The notes beneath the pieces were generated by a model. It did no database searches. It was not told the DNA's origin and saw nothing but the letters and a program-made list of their open reading frames with translations. A stretch of DNA of 64,000 nucleotides from Carcharhinus longimanus (taxonomy: Eukaryota). Shown piece after piece: positions 11,232 through 22,722 of this stretch (the first letter of the stretch is position 1; every line of letters begins with the position of its first letter). The stretch is taken from assembly GCA_030264375.1 (NCBI GenBank), contig JASCQW010000112.1:75843025-75907024 (forward strand), written 5' to 3'. Both the position numbers and the translations under genes were made by a program.

Positions 11232-11930
11232 CATGTTTTTCGTTGATGGGATGTGGATGTTGTTTACAGGACAGCATCTGCTGTCCATTCATCTTCCTGA
11301 ATACAAGCGAGTGGACGGAGAGTTTCCCCTCCCAAAGTCAACGGACAGTTGGCTGCTCTTGGCCTTGCCAACAATGATGCCCCCCTGTGGCAGGACTTGG
11401 AAATTCCAGCCTGTGTCTCAGTCGGCCATTTCAGAGTCAACCACATTACTGTAGGCCAGACCGGGTAAAGGCAGCAGATTTCTTTCCGTAAAGCCCGTTA
11501 GTGAGCCAGATGAGTTGTTACAACAATCCGGTACATTCACGATATCATTGACAAAACTAGTATTTTATCCGTGCATTCAAGAGGTGGCTGGATATAACAG
11601 GTGGGGCGAATGGGATCAAAGGTTATGAGGAGAAAGCAGGATTGAGTTGGATCATCAGCCGTGATCGGAATGAATGGAGGAGCAGGCTTGAAGGGCCAAA
11701 TGGCCTCCTCCTATCTTCCTATCTATTTATGAATGAATTAAATTTAAATTCTCCCAGCTGTTGTGGGGATTTGAACTGATGTCTGCAGAGAATGAGTCCA
11801 GACCCCTTAACCCAGTAACATTGCTGCTATGCAGAGAATGAGTCCAGACCCCTTAGCCCAGTAACATTGCTGCTATGCAGAGAATGAGTCCAGACCCCTT
11901 AGCCCAGTAACATTGCTGCTATGCTACCGC
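11232..11930 (-). mobile_element. L2-tail SINE interrupted by a CR1 tail (~11575-11725, + strand), with a triplication in its head
   Basis: gtaggccagaccgggtaaaggcagcagattt and aaattctcccagctg blocks; CR1 tail gaagggccaaatggcctcctcc nested inside. Confidence 0.7.
11784..11924. repeat. Tandem repeat, 3 x 46 bp
   Basis: Unit tgcagagaatgagtccagacccctta(a/g)cccagtaacattgctgcta starting at 11784, 11830 and 11876, with no spacers. Confidence 0.95.
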
Positions 11931-12560
11931 ACCCAACAATAATGAACCAATTAATCTGTGGGAGATTCCTGGCTGGATTGACGGGATTAAGCGAGGACCC
12001 CGTGCACCAGTTTCTGATGACGCTGAACTGTAAACGGCAAAGATTCCGAATTTCAAGAAAATGGGCAGGAAGAACCAAAACCTTCTTTTCAAAAGTCTCA
12101 TCAAAATTCAGAACAAGATTGTTAATTTGCCAGAGGCTTATTTAATTCGGGAGTCAGCAGGTAGCCCGGCAGGATTGCGGAGCGCATTCTGTCAGAGCAA
12201 GTTCATGCAAAGCAGAGTGTCTGTTTGTTCTGATAGTGGGGTGGGTGGTGTACAGTTATATTCATGTACACTGCTAGCTTTAGTTTAGGAGGAACAAGTT
12301 CCTAATTTAACATTCAAAAATGATCACGCAAGAACTCCCTTAATTGAGATGATGCAGTCCCTGGTTCGAGTCCCGCAGTGACTCAACAGGGGAACACACT
12401 CCTCAGCTGAGATCAAGGAGGTACGGGGTGAGTTTGGTGAGACAGTGAATATCGGCGTTTGTTTAGCAGTGAACTGGAGGGAGCCCAGAGCCAGATGCTG
12501 ATGGATGAAGGTAGATCAGCCTGGAAGTATCGCCTCCTACACTGAGCTATTGATGTTGAA

Positions 12561-12860
12561 TTATAGAATCCGACAGAGGGAGGCCACTCGGCCCATTGGG
12601 TCTGCACCAACCACAATCCTACCCAGGCCCTATCCCCAAAACTCCATGCATTTACCCTAGCTAGTCCCTCTGACACTAAGGGGCAATGTAGCATGGCCAA
12701 TCCACATAACCTTCAGACTGTGGAAGGAAACCGGAGAGAACCCACGCAGACACGAGAATAACGTGCAAACTCCACACAGGCAGTGACCAAGCCGGGAATC
12801 GAACCCAGATCCCTGGCGCTGTTAGACGGCAGTGCTAACCACTGTGCCACCGTGTCACCC
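12561..12860 (-). mobile_element. HE1 V-SINE, CR1/HER1 tail (type A)
   Basis: Reverse complement of the HE1 head and gatgggccgaatggcctcc-like tail. Confidence 0.85.
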
Positions 12861-12919
12861 ATGACATCCAGACCTGATGTCAGGAAACCTTTGCAGGAAG
12901 AGGATTAAGTCACACAGTC

Positions 12920-13345
12920 ACAATCATAGCGGTTTAAAGCATGAAAACTGGCCCTTCAGCCCAACTTGTCCCATGCCATCCTTTTTTAAACCACTAAACT
13001 AGTCCCAATTGTCTGCGATGACCCATATTCCTGTATACCCATCTTACCCACGTAACTGTCTAAATGCTTTTTAAAAGACAAAACTGTACCCCTCCACCAC
13101 TACCTCTGGCAGCTTGTTCCAGACACTCACCACCCTCTGTGTGAAAACAAATGCCTCTCAGTGCCCTTTTGTATCTCAGCTCCCTCATCTTAAACCTCTG
13201 CCCTTTAGTTTTCGACTTCCCTACCTTTGGGAAAAGATGTTGACCATCCAGCTGATCGATGCAACTCATTATTTTATAGAGCTTTCGCAGATCACCTCCA
13301 AGACTCCGGTTCTCCAGGGAGAAGTGTCCCAGTCTATCCAAATTA
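12920..13345 (-). mobile_element. CR1 LINE 3' fragment
   Basis: Minus ORF 13060-13368 LDRLGHFSLENRSLGGDL..LYKIM...D..D...LFP, the CR1 ORF2 C-terminus. Confidence 0.85.
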
Positions 13346-13361
13346 GTTTGTGTATTGTTTA

Positions 13362-13725
13362 ACACCATCTTAGCCTTTGATTATTTGTAATCAATTATCA
13401 GTTCTTGGTTCATCCCTTCACATGTTATACAGCCTGTCAACACTTTACACATACTGATTATACTTAACTGCTTGCATCTATTGATTAGCACTGGTGATGA
13501 CCTGTAAAGACTTGTTATTTAGTCGACCTATGCTGCATTACACTGTCTGTACTTATCTGTTGGCACTCCTGATTACCTGTGAGCATTGGGCTATTGTGCC
13601 TTTGTCTGTGTGTTCTGTGCCTGTGCACCTCTCTCTGCTTCACCTGACGAAGGAGCACCCCTCTGAAAGTTTGTGATTTGAAATAAACCTGTTGGACTAT
13701 AATCTGGTATCTTGTGACCTCTCCT
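13362..13725 (+). mobile_element. Penelope-like element terminal fragment with hammerhead-like motif
   Basis: cac-ctgacga-aggagcacccctct-gaaa-gtttgtg followed by aaataaacctgttggact, shared with 48315-48601 and 42570-42625. Confidence 0.65.
13641..13675 (+). ncRNA. Degenerate minimal type I hammerhead ribozyme-like motif
   Basis: CUGANGA (13644-13650) and GAAA (13665-13668) flank a GGAG/CTCT stem II; stem I CAC/GTG; stem III palindrome appears mutated (gaaagttt versus aaagctt in the sister copy at 48550). Confidence 0.45.
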
Positions 13726-13804
13726 CAATTCTCCAGATGTAACTGATCTTTTCAAGTCTTAAGGGCAGAACGTTTTGGCCCTGTTGCATTGGGGGCATGG
13801 CTGT

Positions 13805-14195
13805 AGGGGAGGCGATGGTGGCCCAGTGGTATTATCGCTAAACTATTAATCCAGAAACTCAGCTAATGTGTTGGGGACCTGGGTTCAAATCCTGCTATGG
13901 CAGCTGGTGGAATTTGAATTCAATTAAAAAAAATTTCTGGAATAAAAACATCTGGAATTAAAACATCATGAAATCACTGTCGATTGTTGGAAAAACCCAT
14001 CTGGTTTATTAATTTTCTTTAGAGAAGGAAATCCGCCATCCTTACCCGGTCTGGCCTGTGTGTGACTCCAGAGACACAGCATTGTTGTTGATTCTGAAAT
14101 GGCCAAGCCAGGTACCCAGTTTCAAGGGCAACTAAGGATGGGCAATAGATGCTGGCCAGCCAGTGATGCCCATGTCCCACGAATGAATTTTAAAA
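13805..14195 (+). mobile_element. tRNA-derived SINE with L2-like tail, near full length
   Basis: Head ggtggcccagtggtatt...gggttcaaatcc; tail caagggcaactaaggatgggcaat...cccacgaatgaat matching the LINE tail at 940-1010. Confidence 0.85.
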
Positions 14196-14559
14196 AATGC
14201 AGCAAGCCATTCAAGTGTCCATTGACTTTGTCAGGATTGGAAATTCCCAAGGGTGAAAGGGATGGTAAAGTTTTGCCCCAAGTTCTCTTGGAGACTTGCG
14301 GTGCCTCCTTGTTAAATATTGGATTATATTCTCTATTATTTTGGGGAATGGGGAAGTTGGGCAATTAGGAAGGACGAAACAGCATTGATGTAAAAATGAT
14401 TAGCACGGCCCTTGAGCCTCTCCTTTAGATACAATGCCAGAGAGTGCAATACCAAACATTTCAGTGAGAAACGGGCAAAATACATCTCAAATTTGATTGT
14501 CTGCTAGGATTGTTCATACAGGTGTAACGGGGAAGTAGGGAGTGACAACTAAGAAACAT

Positions 14560-14990
14560 TGAGGGCGATTTTACCAGCTCACCCAGCCCATCGATGGCTG
14601 GGGCCTGCCGGTAAAATCGCCCATATAGCCAAAATATCAGGTTTGCACCCGATTTCTTGCCGCTCGCGATCTTGTTGGCACCGAATATTGGGCGTATCCG
14701 TTCAGCCTCCTGCCCATGAGAGGCTGAATAACTTATTGACATATACGTTAAGACTCATTTCCACGTGATTAACAAGCCCAGGACGCAGTTGTCTCAGCGC
14801 ACTTGCCTTTGCAGTCTTGCCGGGAAAGGTTCTTTCTGGCAATGAAAACGCAACGTCCACACAAACAGGCTGGCTGGTGATTTAAGCCCTTCCCCAATTC
14901 TTTTTCAGGCACTATTTTTCCCACCTGCCCTGGACTTTTTTTGGTACGATCGCTCCCATTGACTTTAACTTTGGGAGCTGTTGTATTTTA
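14560..14990. mobile_element. Decayed non-autonomous DNA transposon (Harbinger-like, tentative)
   Basis: gggcgattttacc ... ggtaaaatcgccc inverted pair at 14563-14622; CpG-rich relative to flanks. Confidence 0.45.
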
Positions 14991-15009
14991 AAGGCTACAA
15001 TTTATTTTC

Positions 15010-15100
15010 TTGAGGTAATGCACTTTGGAAGGTCTAATACAGATAGGAAATATACAGTAAATGGCAGAACCCTTAGGAGTATTGATAGGCAAAGGGATCT
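15010..15100 (+). mobile_element. CR1 ORF2 fragment running into an assembly gap
   Basis: EVMHFGRSN...YTVNGRTL.S....RD is a typical CR1 post-RT segment. Confidence 0.8.
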
Positions 15101-15469
15101 NNNNNNNNNNNNNNNNNNNNNNNNNNNNNNNNNNNNNNNNNNNNNNNNNNNNNNNNNNNNNNNNNNNNNNNNNNNNNNNNNNNNNNNNNNNNNNNNNNNN
15201 CCTCCTCCTTCCTCCCCACAAACAACATTCCCAGCCTCGATCTCGAGCAAGCTCCTTTCATAGTCGCTTCCCTTCACCCCTCAGCTGCCTCACCCCCAAT
15301 GCCCATTTCTCTCCCAAATGCTGGGTGCAGCCCCCCAATCTCCCCGGCCCCCTCCTCCTGTCAGTGATTCTCCTACATAACAAGCCGACTGATTCAACTG
15401 TGCAGGAGAAAGGGAAAGTTAGAATGAGATCCCACAGCTACATTTCTCAGAATATGCTGCTAATACGAT

Positions 15470-15630
15470 CAGAAAAATAGGAGCAGGAGTAGGCCATTCA
15501 GCCCATCGAGTGTGATCCTCCATGATTTCGTAAGATCGTGATGGATCTAACTGTGGCCTTATTGCCACTCTCTTGCTTGTCTTCTGTAACCCTGGACTCA
15601 TGTTGTTGATTAGAAACCTGTCTACCTCTG
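15470..15630 (-). mobile_element. CR1 3' tail
   Basis: aaataggagcaggagtaggccattcagcccatcgag is the reverse complement of the CR1 tail. Confidence 0.8.
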
Positions 15631-17224
15631 TGTCCTTGTCCAGGACACACATCCTACCCGATTTCCCTTGCTTGCACCCATCTTCCCAGTAAATATTGCA
15701 ACCACCATCTCTTTGGTACACATTTTATCCACACATTCATTTCACAAGGAGTTAAAGGGGGCTCTGATCTCACTGTGCAAGGAAGGCCCTCACTGAGAAT
15801 GCACATCATTGTTGAAGCAAAATTTTCCGAGACATTTATGTCTTTGATAATTGTCCTGCATGTAAATCTTAATCCGTGGTATTTTGTAGTAATTGTCCTG
15901 TAATCCTAGGTGATGAAACAGGAGGTAACTATGTTGCACTCTTCTCTAGTTATCCTGTTTTACACTTGAACACAGTTGATTAGAAAGAGTGTGGGACTAG
16001 CCTGTGGAACTGCCCCCTCTCACGATATGGGGTGCAACCCAGCAGCACCATGGGTTTGAGCAGATGAGATTATTGATAGCATTACCCATTCATAATGTCA
16101 CCAGAGTGAACGTTCCTGGCCTCACATGAGAAGCAGATACACATAAACCGAGCTGCCTCTCATCAACGACTCTAAAGAGTAAGGAAGAGAGGCCTTTCCC
16201 TTATTAACACTGGAGAGATCAGCACAGTGCCCCTTCCCCTTTGCCAATGTTTGTTCTTTCAGAAGACCTTTGTGAAAGGAGGGAACAAGTAACTCAGAGG
16301 ATTTGTTTACTTCCCGCAACCCCTTCAGCAGCAAGGTGGCCAGTTCAATCCGTTCAACACACGCACCAACCCAGACTGAGCCACAACTCTTCTCTTTTCA
16401 AAAAAGGGGGCAAAATTACGTTCCAGTTTCAGCGACAGTTATGATACAATCCAGACCCTTTCTGATGCTGGAGACTTCTAAACCCTAAGTCAGGAAGATA
16501 GTGCAGGAAAGGTGAATATTGGATCCCCATTTCTAAACTGTCACTTTGATGTAAAGACATTATTAGTAAATGAAGGTGTATTGATTGTGGCTCCAGGGTC
16601 AGGATTAACCAGAATGGTCACTGCTCTGTTGAAGCAGTGGGTATTCTGCCTTACAGCTATGGCCTTTTTGGAGGTCGGGTGCCCTGTGCCCATTTGCACA
16701 GAGGAATTAGACAGAACATGNNNNNNNNNNNNNNNNNNNNNNNNNNNNNNNNNNNNNNNNNNNNNNNNNNNNNNNNNNNNNNNNNNNNNNNNNNNNNNNN
16801 NNNNNNNNNNNNNNNNNNNNNNNNNNNNNNNNNNNNNNNNNNNNNNNNNNNNNNNNNNNNNNNNNNNNNNNNNNNNNNNNNNNNGAACCTTGCCATGTGC
16901 TTATTATTCTCATCATTATCAAAATTACTTCACAGCTGTTCTTTGCTACATCACCTCAGCTGGAGATTTAGTAACCTGTAAAATGCTTTTAATTTGGAGT
17001 CGAGTGAATTTTGTTGGAGAAGCAACTGGGAGGTTCTCGCTCCCCCGTCCTGCAGGGGCCTGGCTGTGTTTTAGTGTAAAATCTCCCTCGGTGGGAGCGC
17101 CCAGCCAGACCCCCTCCCTTCCACACGCAAGTCAAAAGTTTCACTTTGCTCACCTCGTATTCAGCCTCGACGTTTCCCAGTTTATTGACAAATGATTGCG
17201 TTCGCCCCCTGTGAAAGTTGAAAG

Positions 17225-17535
17225 GGGTGGTACGGGGGCACAGTGGTTAGCACTGCCACCTCACAGCGCCTGGGACCCAAGTTCGGTTCCCGGCTTATGT
17301 CACTGTCTGTGTGGACTTTGCACCTTCTCCCCGTGTCTGCGTGGGTATCCTCCGGATGCTCCAATTTCCTTCCACTGTCCGAAGACGTGCTGGTTAGGTG
17401 AATTGACCATGCTAAGTTCTCCCTCAGTGTACCTGAACAGGCACCGGAATGTGACGACTAGGGGAATTTTCGCAGTATCTTCATTGCAGTGTGGCTGCAA
17501 GTCTGTTTATGACTAATAAATAAACTTTAACTTTA
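17225..17535 (+). mobile_element. HE1-like V-SINE, tail type B
   Basis: Complete head, body and aataaataaactt terminus. Confidence 0.88.
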
Positions 17536-17958
17536 GAAAGTTTATTTATTAGTGCCACAATAGGCTTACATTAACACTGCAATGATTTGACCCTAGTGTC
17601 TGGGGGATTAGCAGGTTAAATATGTGGGAATAGGGCCTGGGTGGGACTGTGGTCAGTCCAGACACAATGGGCCAAATGGCCTCCTTCAGCACTGTAGGGA
17701 TCCTGTGATAAGTTACTGTGAAAATCCCCTCATTGTCACACTCCTGTTCGGGTACACTGAGGGAGAATTTACCGTGGCCAATGCACCTAACCAGCATGCC
17801 TTTTTGACTGTGGGGGGAGAACCGGAGCACCCAGGGGAAACCCACGTGGACACGGGGAGAACGTGCAGACTCCGCACAGACAGTGACCCAAGCCAGGAAT
17901 CGAACCCAGATCCCTGGCACCGTGAGGCAGCAGCGCTAACCACTGTGCCACCATGCGA
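17535..17958 (-). mobile_element. HE1-like V-SINE, tail type B, with a nested 5'-truncated type A HE1 tail (~17590-17710, + strand)
   Basis: The motif gcaatga|agttactg, intact in other copies, is split by ccctagtgtc...actgtagggatcctgtgat. Confidence 0.85.
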
Positions 17959-19169
17959 CCAGAGCAATGTGAGAATTTTCCCATCTGGCTATGCTAATTC
18001 AAGCAAGTCTACAACTAAAACCACTGTAGAATTCAATGCAAGTTCTCCTCATTGTCCTCCCATTTTTTAATAACATTGTTTTAAAGCGTTTTTTTTTCTC
18101 GCTTCCCTCTTTGTGAAGGCCAAACTGCTCTTGTACAACAGTAATCCCTTCCTTAAGCAGTATTGTTTTTCACATNNNNNNNNNNNNNNNNNNNNNNNNN
18201 NNNNNNNNNNNNNNNNNNNNNNNNNNNNNNNNNNNNNNNNNNNNNNNNNNNNNNNNNNNNNNNNNNNNNNNNNNNNNNNNNNNNNNNNNNNNNNNNNNNN
18301 NNNNNNNNNNNNNNNNNNNNNNNNNNNNNNNNNNNNNNNNNNNNNNNNNNNNNNNNNNNNNNNNNNNNNNNNNNNNNNNNNNNNNNNNNNNNGACCGCAG
18401 TGGTCTTTCTACATATGTTCTCAACCCGGTGCTATTGTCACCTCCTCTGAACAACTTGGAAGGACAAAACAACAAAGACTGGCCACAGTAATTCCTAGCA
18501 GTTAGTTGAATGCGGCAGAGGGGGCAAAAAAGCAAAATCTAGTTTCCACTCGTTGTGGGTTAGTGGTGTTCATTTTTCTTAATTTTTTTTTGTTACTCTG
18601 TGTATGTGAGTGGAGAGGATTTTTTTTTTAGTTTTGCAGCGGGGGAGGTAATGATATGCAGAAGGTGTGTTTTTTTTCAAAAGAAAGCCTGCAGATCTCT
18701 CACCATTCAGGTTTCCGAACTTTGAGATGCGGGTTTTGCCCCGGAGTGTGAGTAGCCTGGATCACATAGCAATGCTTTAACACAGCAGATGCTGGAATTT
18801 TACACCAACGTTCCCTTTCTAGTTGTTTCACGCAAATGAAAGCAGAATTAAGCATCATTGAGGCCGATGCATTCTTCACCCAATTTGCCCGGCAACGTTA
18901 CCGTTGAGTTAAACAAAAACTCCTATTGATTTGACCGAGTTTAAAAAATACTCCAAAGCCCAGTGTAAAGATATCTTGCTGGGACTGACCCAGCAATGAT
19001 TTTCATTGACTGCAGAGGAAGGATCTTTAAACTAGATATATTGAGAAGCCCTTAGATCACTCAATTAGCCCTTCAGCTTCCTTTGCCTTTCCTCTCAAGG
19101 ACTCTCCTGCATGCTTTGCAAAGAATATGTTTGGTCACAGAATGAAAACAGGAAGTGCTCGTGCACGCT

Positions 19170-19220
<51 letters not shown>
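19170..19220. repeat. Poly-G run adjoining a gap
   Basis: About 50 consecutive G; length unreliable next to Ns. Confidence 0.8.
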
Positions 19221-20727
19221 NNNNNNNNNNNNNNNNNNNNNNNNNNNNNNNNNNNNNNNNNNNNNNNNNNNNNNNNNNNNNNNNNNNNNNNNNNNNNNNN
19301 NNNNNNNNNNNNNNNNNNNNCAGTGATTCTCTGGCTACCACTGGATGGATAAGAATGGAACCAGCAGTCCCACCCATCTGGATAAGAGTGGAGACAAATT
19401 AGAGGAGGTGGCTCAGTGGTTAGTGCTGCTGCAGTGGGGTTTCTGACCCTATGTGTTGAATTAGTGCCAGCCTTGCTTGAGAAATTGCTGTTCTGTATGT
19501 GCCATTGCACCTAAACATCAACCTCAGCAGGATGCAGACTAGCTGGAACAGAACTCCCACTCTAAACTGCAGGGGGGAGACCTAAATGGTGAAGGGGTTC
19601 AGATTGCAGTGGCCTGTTAGGAGATTTTCACAATAACTTCATTGCAGTGTTAATGTAAGCCTACTTGTGACACTGATAAATAAACTTTAAACTGTTCCTA
19701 CCATCCTGCTGTGGTGTCCGGGCTCCGCCATGTATCGATGATGGGATGTTCAGGGCTGCCCTATCTCATCAGCACCAATTCTGCCCATCCCTGGGAGGAC
19801 TGATCAATGGGGGAGTCCTCCCACAGTGATGTGAATGGGATGGACAAAGAAACCCAATGAAACTCAATTGGATGTAAAAAGTTGAGAATAAGTTTGACCA
19901 CATTGCATAGGCACCAGGGGCTAAATAAATAGCCCCTGTGGAGCAAAGACATTCTAGTGATTGGCATCTGTGTTCATCTACACACCAGTGAATAAGACTT
20001 CACGCTGATGTTTATCATGGTGGTGGGTGTGGAGGAATATGTTTGATCTTGCTCCTTTCCAATGGTTGAGTTTTGTGTTCTCTTTTTAGCTGATTGTACC
20101 TCGTTCTCCTCCAGATTGAACCCTGTGAGCTCACAACCACATCTGATTTACTTAAAAAAATCTGTCTGAATACTTAGTGTTTGCTTTTCCGCTGGAGCTG
20201 TCCCAATAATCGACCATAAATGTTCTTTCTACAGCAAGGGGTTGCTAACTTGCTGCATGAATTCATCGAGGAATATGCGTTTAAATGGGACGCACGTGTG
20301 TTGGGGAGGTTTCAGGAACAGTCGGTGCTCGGACCGTGTCCAGTGTTCATTGTTGCCTTGCTCAGGTTTGGTGTCCATTGGGTTAGGTGACCGCTGGTTG
20401 GAGGTCAGTGTCCCCTTTAATAGGGACCATTGGCTCAGCATCTACAATGATGACACAAGTTTCTGTTTTATGTTTAAAAGTTGAACTCAGATGAGTCCTC
20501 GGAACAACCTTTGACACAGTTGACCATGCCATCATTGTTCTGTTAATTTTCTTCAAATCTTGCACCCTCTGTCCTGTACGTAATGATCATCTTCTCTTTA
20601 AAAACTGCTTGCTCCTGGTGAGTGCTACTTCAAAAACCCTGTGTTCACGTACACCAACTAAATGGTATTTTTCATTCACTCCCAACTTAAGGCATCTTAA
20701 ATTCTTTGCTCTCTTCGCTGTAGGCGA

Positions 20728-21035
20728 GGGCAGCATGATAACACAGTGGTTAGCACTGCTGCCTCATGGTGCCAGGGACCCAGGTTCGATTCCGGTCAGG
20801 GTCACTGTAGTGTGGAGTTTGCATGTTCTCCCCATTCTGCATGGGTTTCCTCCGGGTGCTCCGGTTTCCTCCCACAGTCCAGAGATGTGTGGAATAGGTT
20901 GACTGGCCATGCTAAATTACCCCTAGTGTCAGGGGGATTGGCAGAGGTAAATACATGGGGCTATGGGACTGGGGCCTGGGTGGGATTTTGGTCAGTGCGC
21001 ACTCAATGGGCCGAACAGCCTCCTTCTTCACTGAA
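20728..21035 (+). mobile_element. HE1 V-SINE, tail type A
   Basis: Full head-to-tail match to 48804-49125. Confidence 0.88.
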
Positions 21036-22589
21036 GGGAACCTACGAAGAGAAGGCAAGGGAAAGAGTTCAGATTGAATGGGTTGAGAAATTGAACCGCA
21101 GAGGTTTTCATCATCATGGGATGGGAATGGGGAGGTGGAAAGCCCCTCACAACAGAGAATTTGACAAGTGAGCACTTCTACTCCTGCATTTTTTTTTCCC
21201 TTAAGGAAGTCTCCTCATGAATGAAATACCCTCAATCCAGTCCACAAAGCCACAAGTTTATATACTAAGGCCAAGATACATTTGCTCGTTCCATTCACCT
21301 GTATGCAGAAGATGTGAGCCGGATGATCACTAGAATGCAAAGTTGATAATTCCGAAAGAGGAAAATAATTGACGTGTTTTGAATTTATAAATTGTGACAA
21401 ATTTTGGTCATCGGCAAAATTTTGTTTCTGTCACCATAGCAACACTCGGGTGATGAGAATTATCATTAAGTTTGAGACAACACACATGGCCTTTGAGCTG
21501 TTAGGCTAACAGTAAACCATGTTACACATGGCTACGGGCAATCTCATCGTAGGAGAGGATGTTTGCTTGACACAAAGGCTAGTCCACCCACTTATAGTGT
21601 GGACCTGGGCGCGAGCGCACCCTGTTAGAGACACTGCCCTTGTTTTTTCCAGCAGTAGTTCTATAGGGCCTCGATTCCATTCCGCCTTGTTGCAGCAGAA
21701 TGCACTGCAGCTCAGTTGGCAGAGTTTCGCTGGCCAATGCAGCCAGACACATCTGTTCATTGTTTTCTTTAAGAATTGCCAAAGTTACGTTTTGCACTGT
21801 CATCAGCCCTTCAGTGAAGGAAAATAATACATCAAAACAATACTGGATCTTACCTTCTGAGCCAGATCTTAAAAAGCGATAGTATTTTGACTTATTCTTA
21901 ATGTGTATTTTTAATACAAATTCCAATGTTCTTTCCAATTTTGAATTAATTTGGTTTAACCCCTTCTGGTCCTTTGGAGAATTTTTTTTAACTAATGGGA
22001 TTGGTGTTGGTAGGGGAGGGGGGGGTTACTGAGATTCGAAACTGACTGAGACTCCTAGCCTCATTTGTCATGTGCTTGTTTTCTGTAGGGACTCGATGTC
22101 AGCACTTTGGTCACCCATAGCAACCTGGAGGACAGTTCACTTGTCACAGACTGCGCCCATAGAAAACGAAATGTTCCAGAGCTCATCAGTCACAGAGCTA
22201 TCAGATAATTATGGCAAAGGCCACCAAATCCTCTGCTTTTATCAAACAAGGTTCTCCGCAGCCCTTTCTGTAGAATGGAAAGGACAGAAGTCAACAGTGT
22301 CTGCCATCTGTTGTCTTTGTCCTGCTTTCTCACATGAGGCAATGAAGCTATGAGATGGAGCTATTAACCCCTCCAGGATTGCGATAACCAACATTTCTTT
22401 TTAGGTCAGGTAGGGGTATAAAACACAACTTTTCTTCACAGCAAGACAAATGTATTCTCTAAATTCCAGGTTTGAATCCAGTTACACTTGTTTGAAATCA
22501 GCCAGCATTATGGGAGAGAATTCAGGGCGATGTTTTATCGAGGCAAATAAAGACCAATAATCACGCAACCTTTAGAAAGCAGGAGATAT

Positions 22590-22722
22590 ATTTCTAATAA
22601 AAAGGAGGGTGTGGGGAACAGGTGGATTTGAAACCAGGGAGAGATCAGCCATGATCTGATTGAATGGCGGTGCAGGCTCGAAGGGCTGAATTTGCCGACT
22701 CCTGCTCCTAATTCCTATGTTG
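22590..22722 (+). mobile_element. Short CR1 3' tail
   Basis: gatcagccatgatctgattgaatggcgg...gaagggctgaat...ctcctgctcctaattcctatgtt. Confidence 0.8.

Noticed and set aside
11784-11924. CRISPR-like array
   Set aside because: Units are directly tandem with no unique spacers, lie within a SINE, and the DNA is vertebrate with no cas genes.
17624-18070. Recurrent ORFs with WLALLPH.ARDPGSIP or AAVLTTVPP peptides
   Set aside because: Chance translations of HE1 SINE copies, not a paralogous gene family.
19170-19220. Functional G-quadruplex or poly-Gly/Pro coding tract
   Set aside because: Homopolymer abutting a gap; possibly a sequencing artefact.
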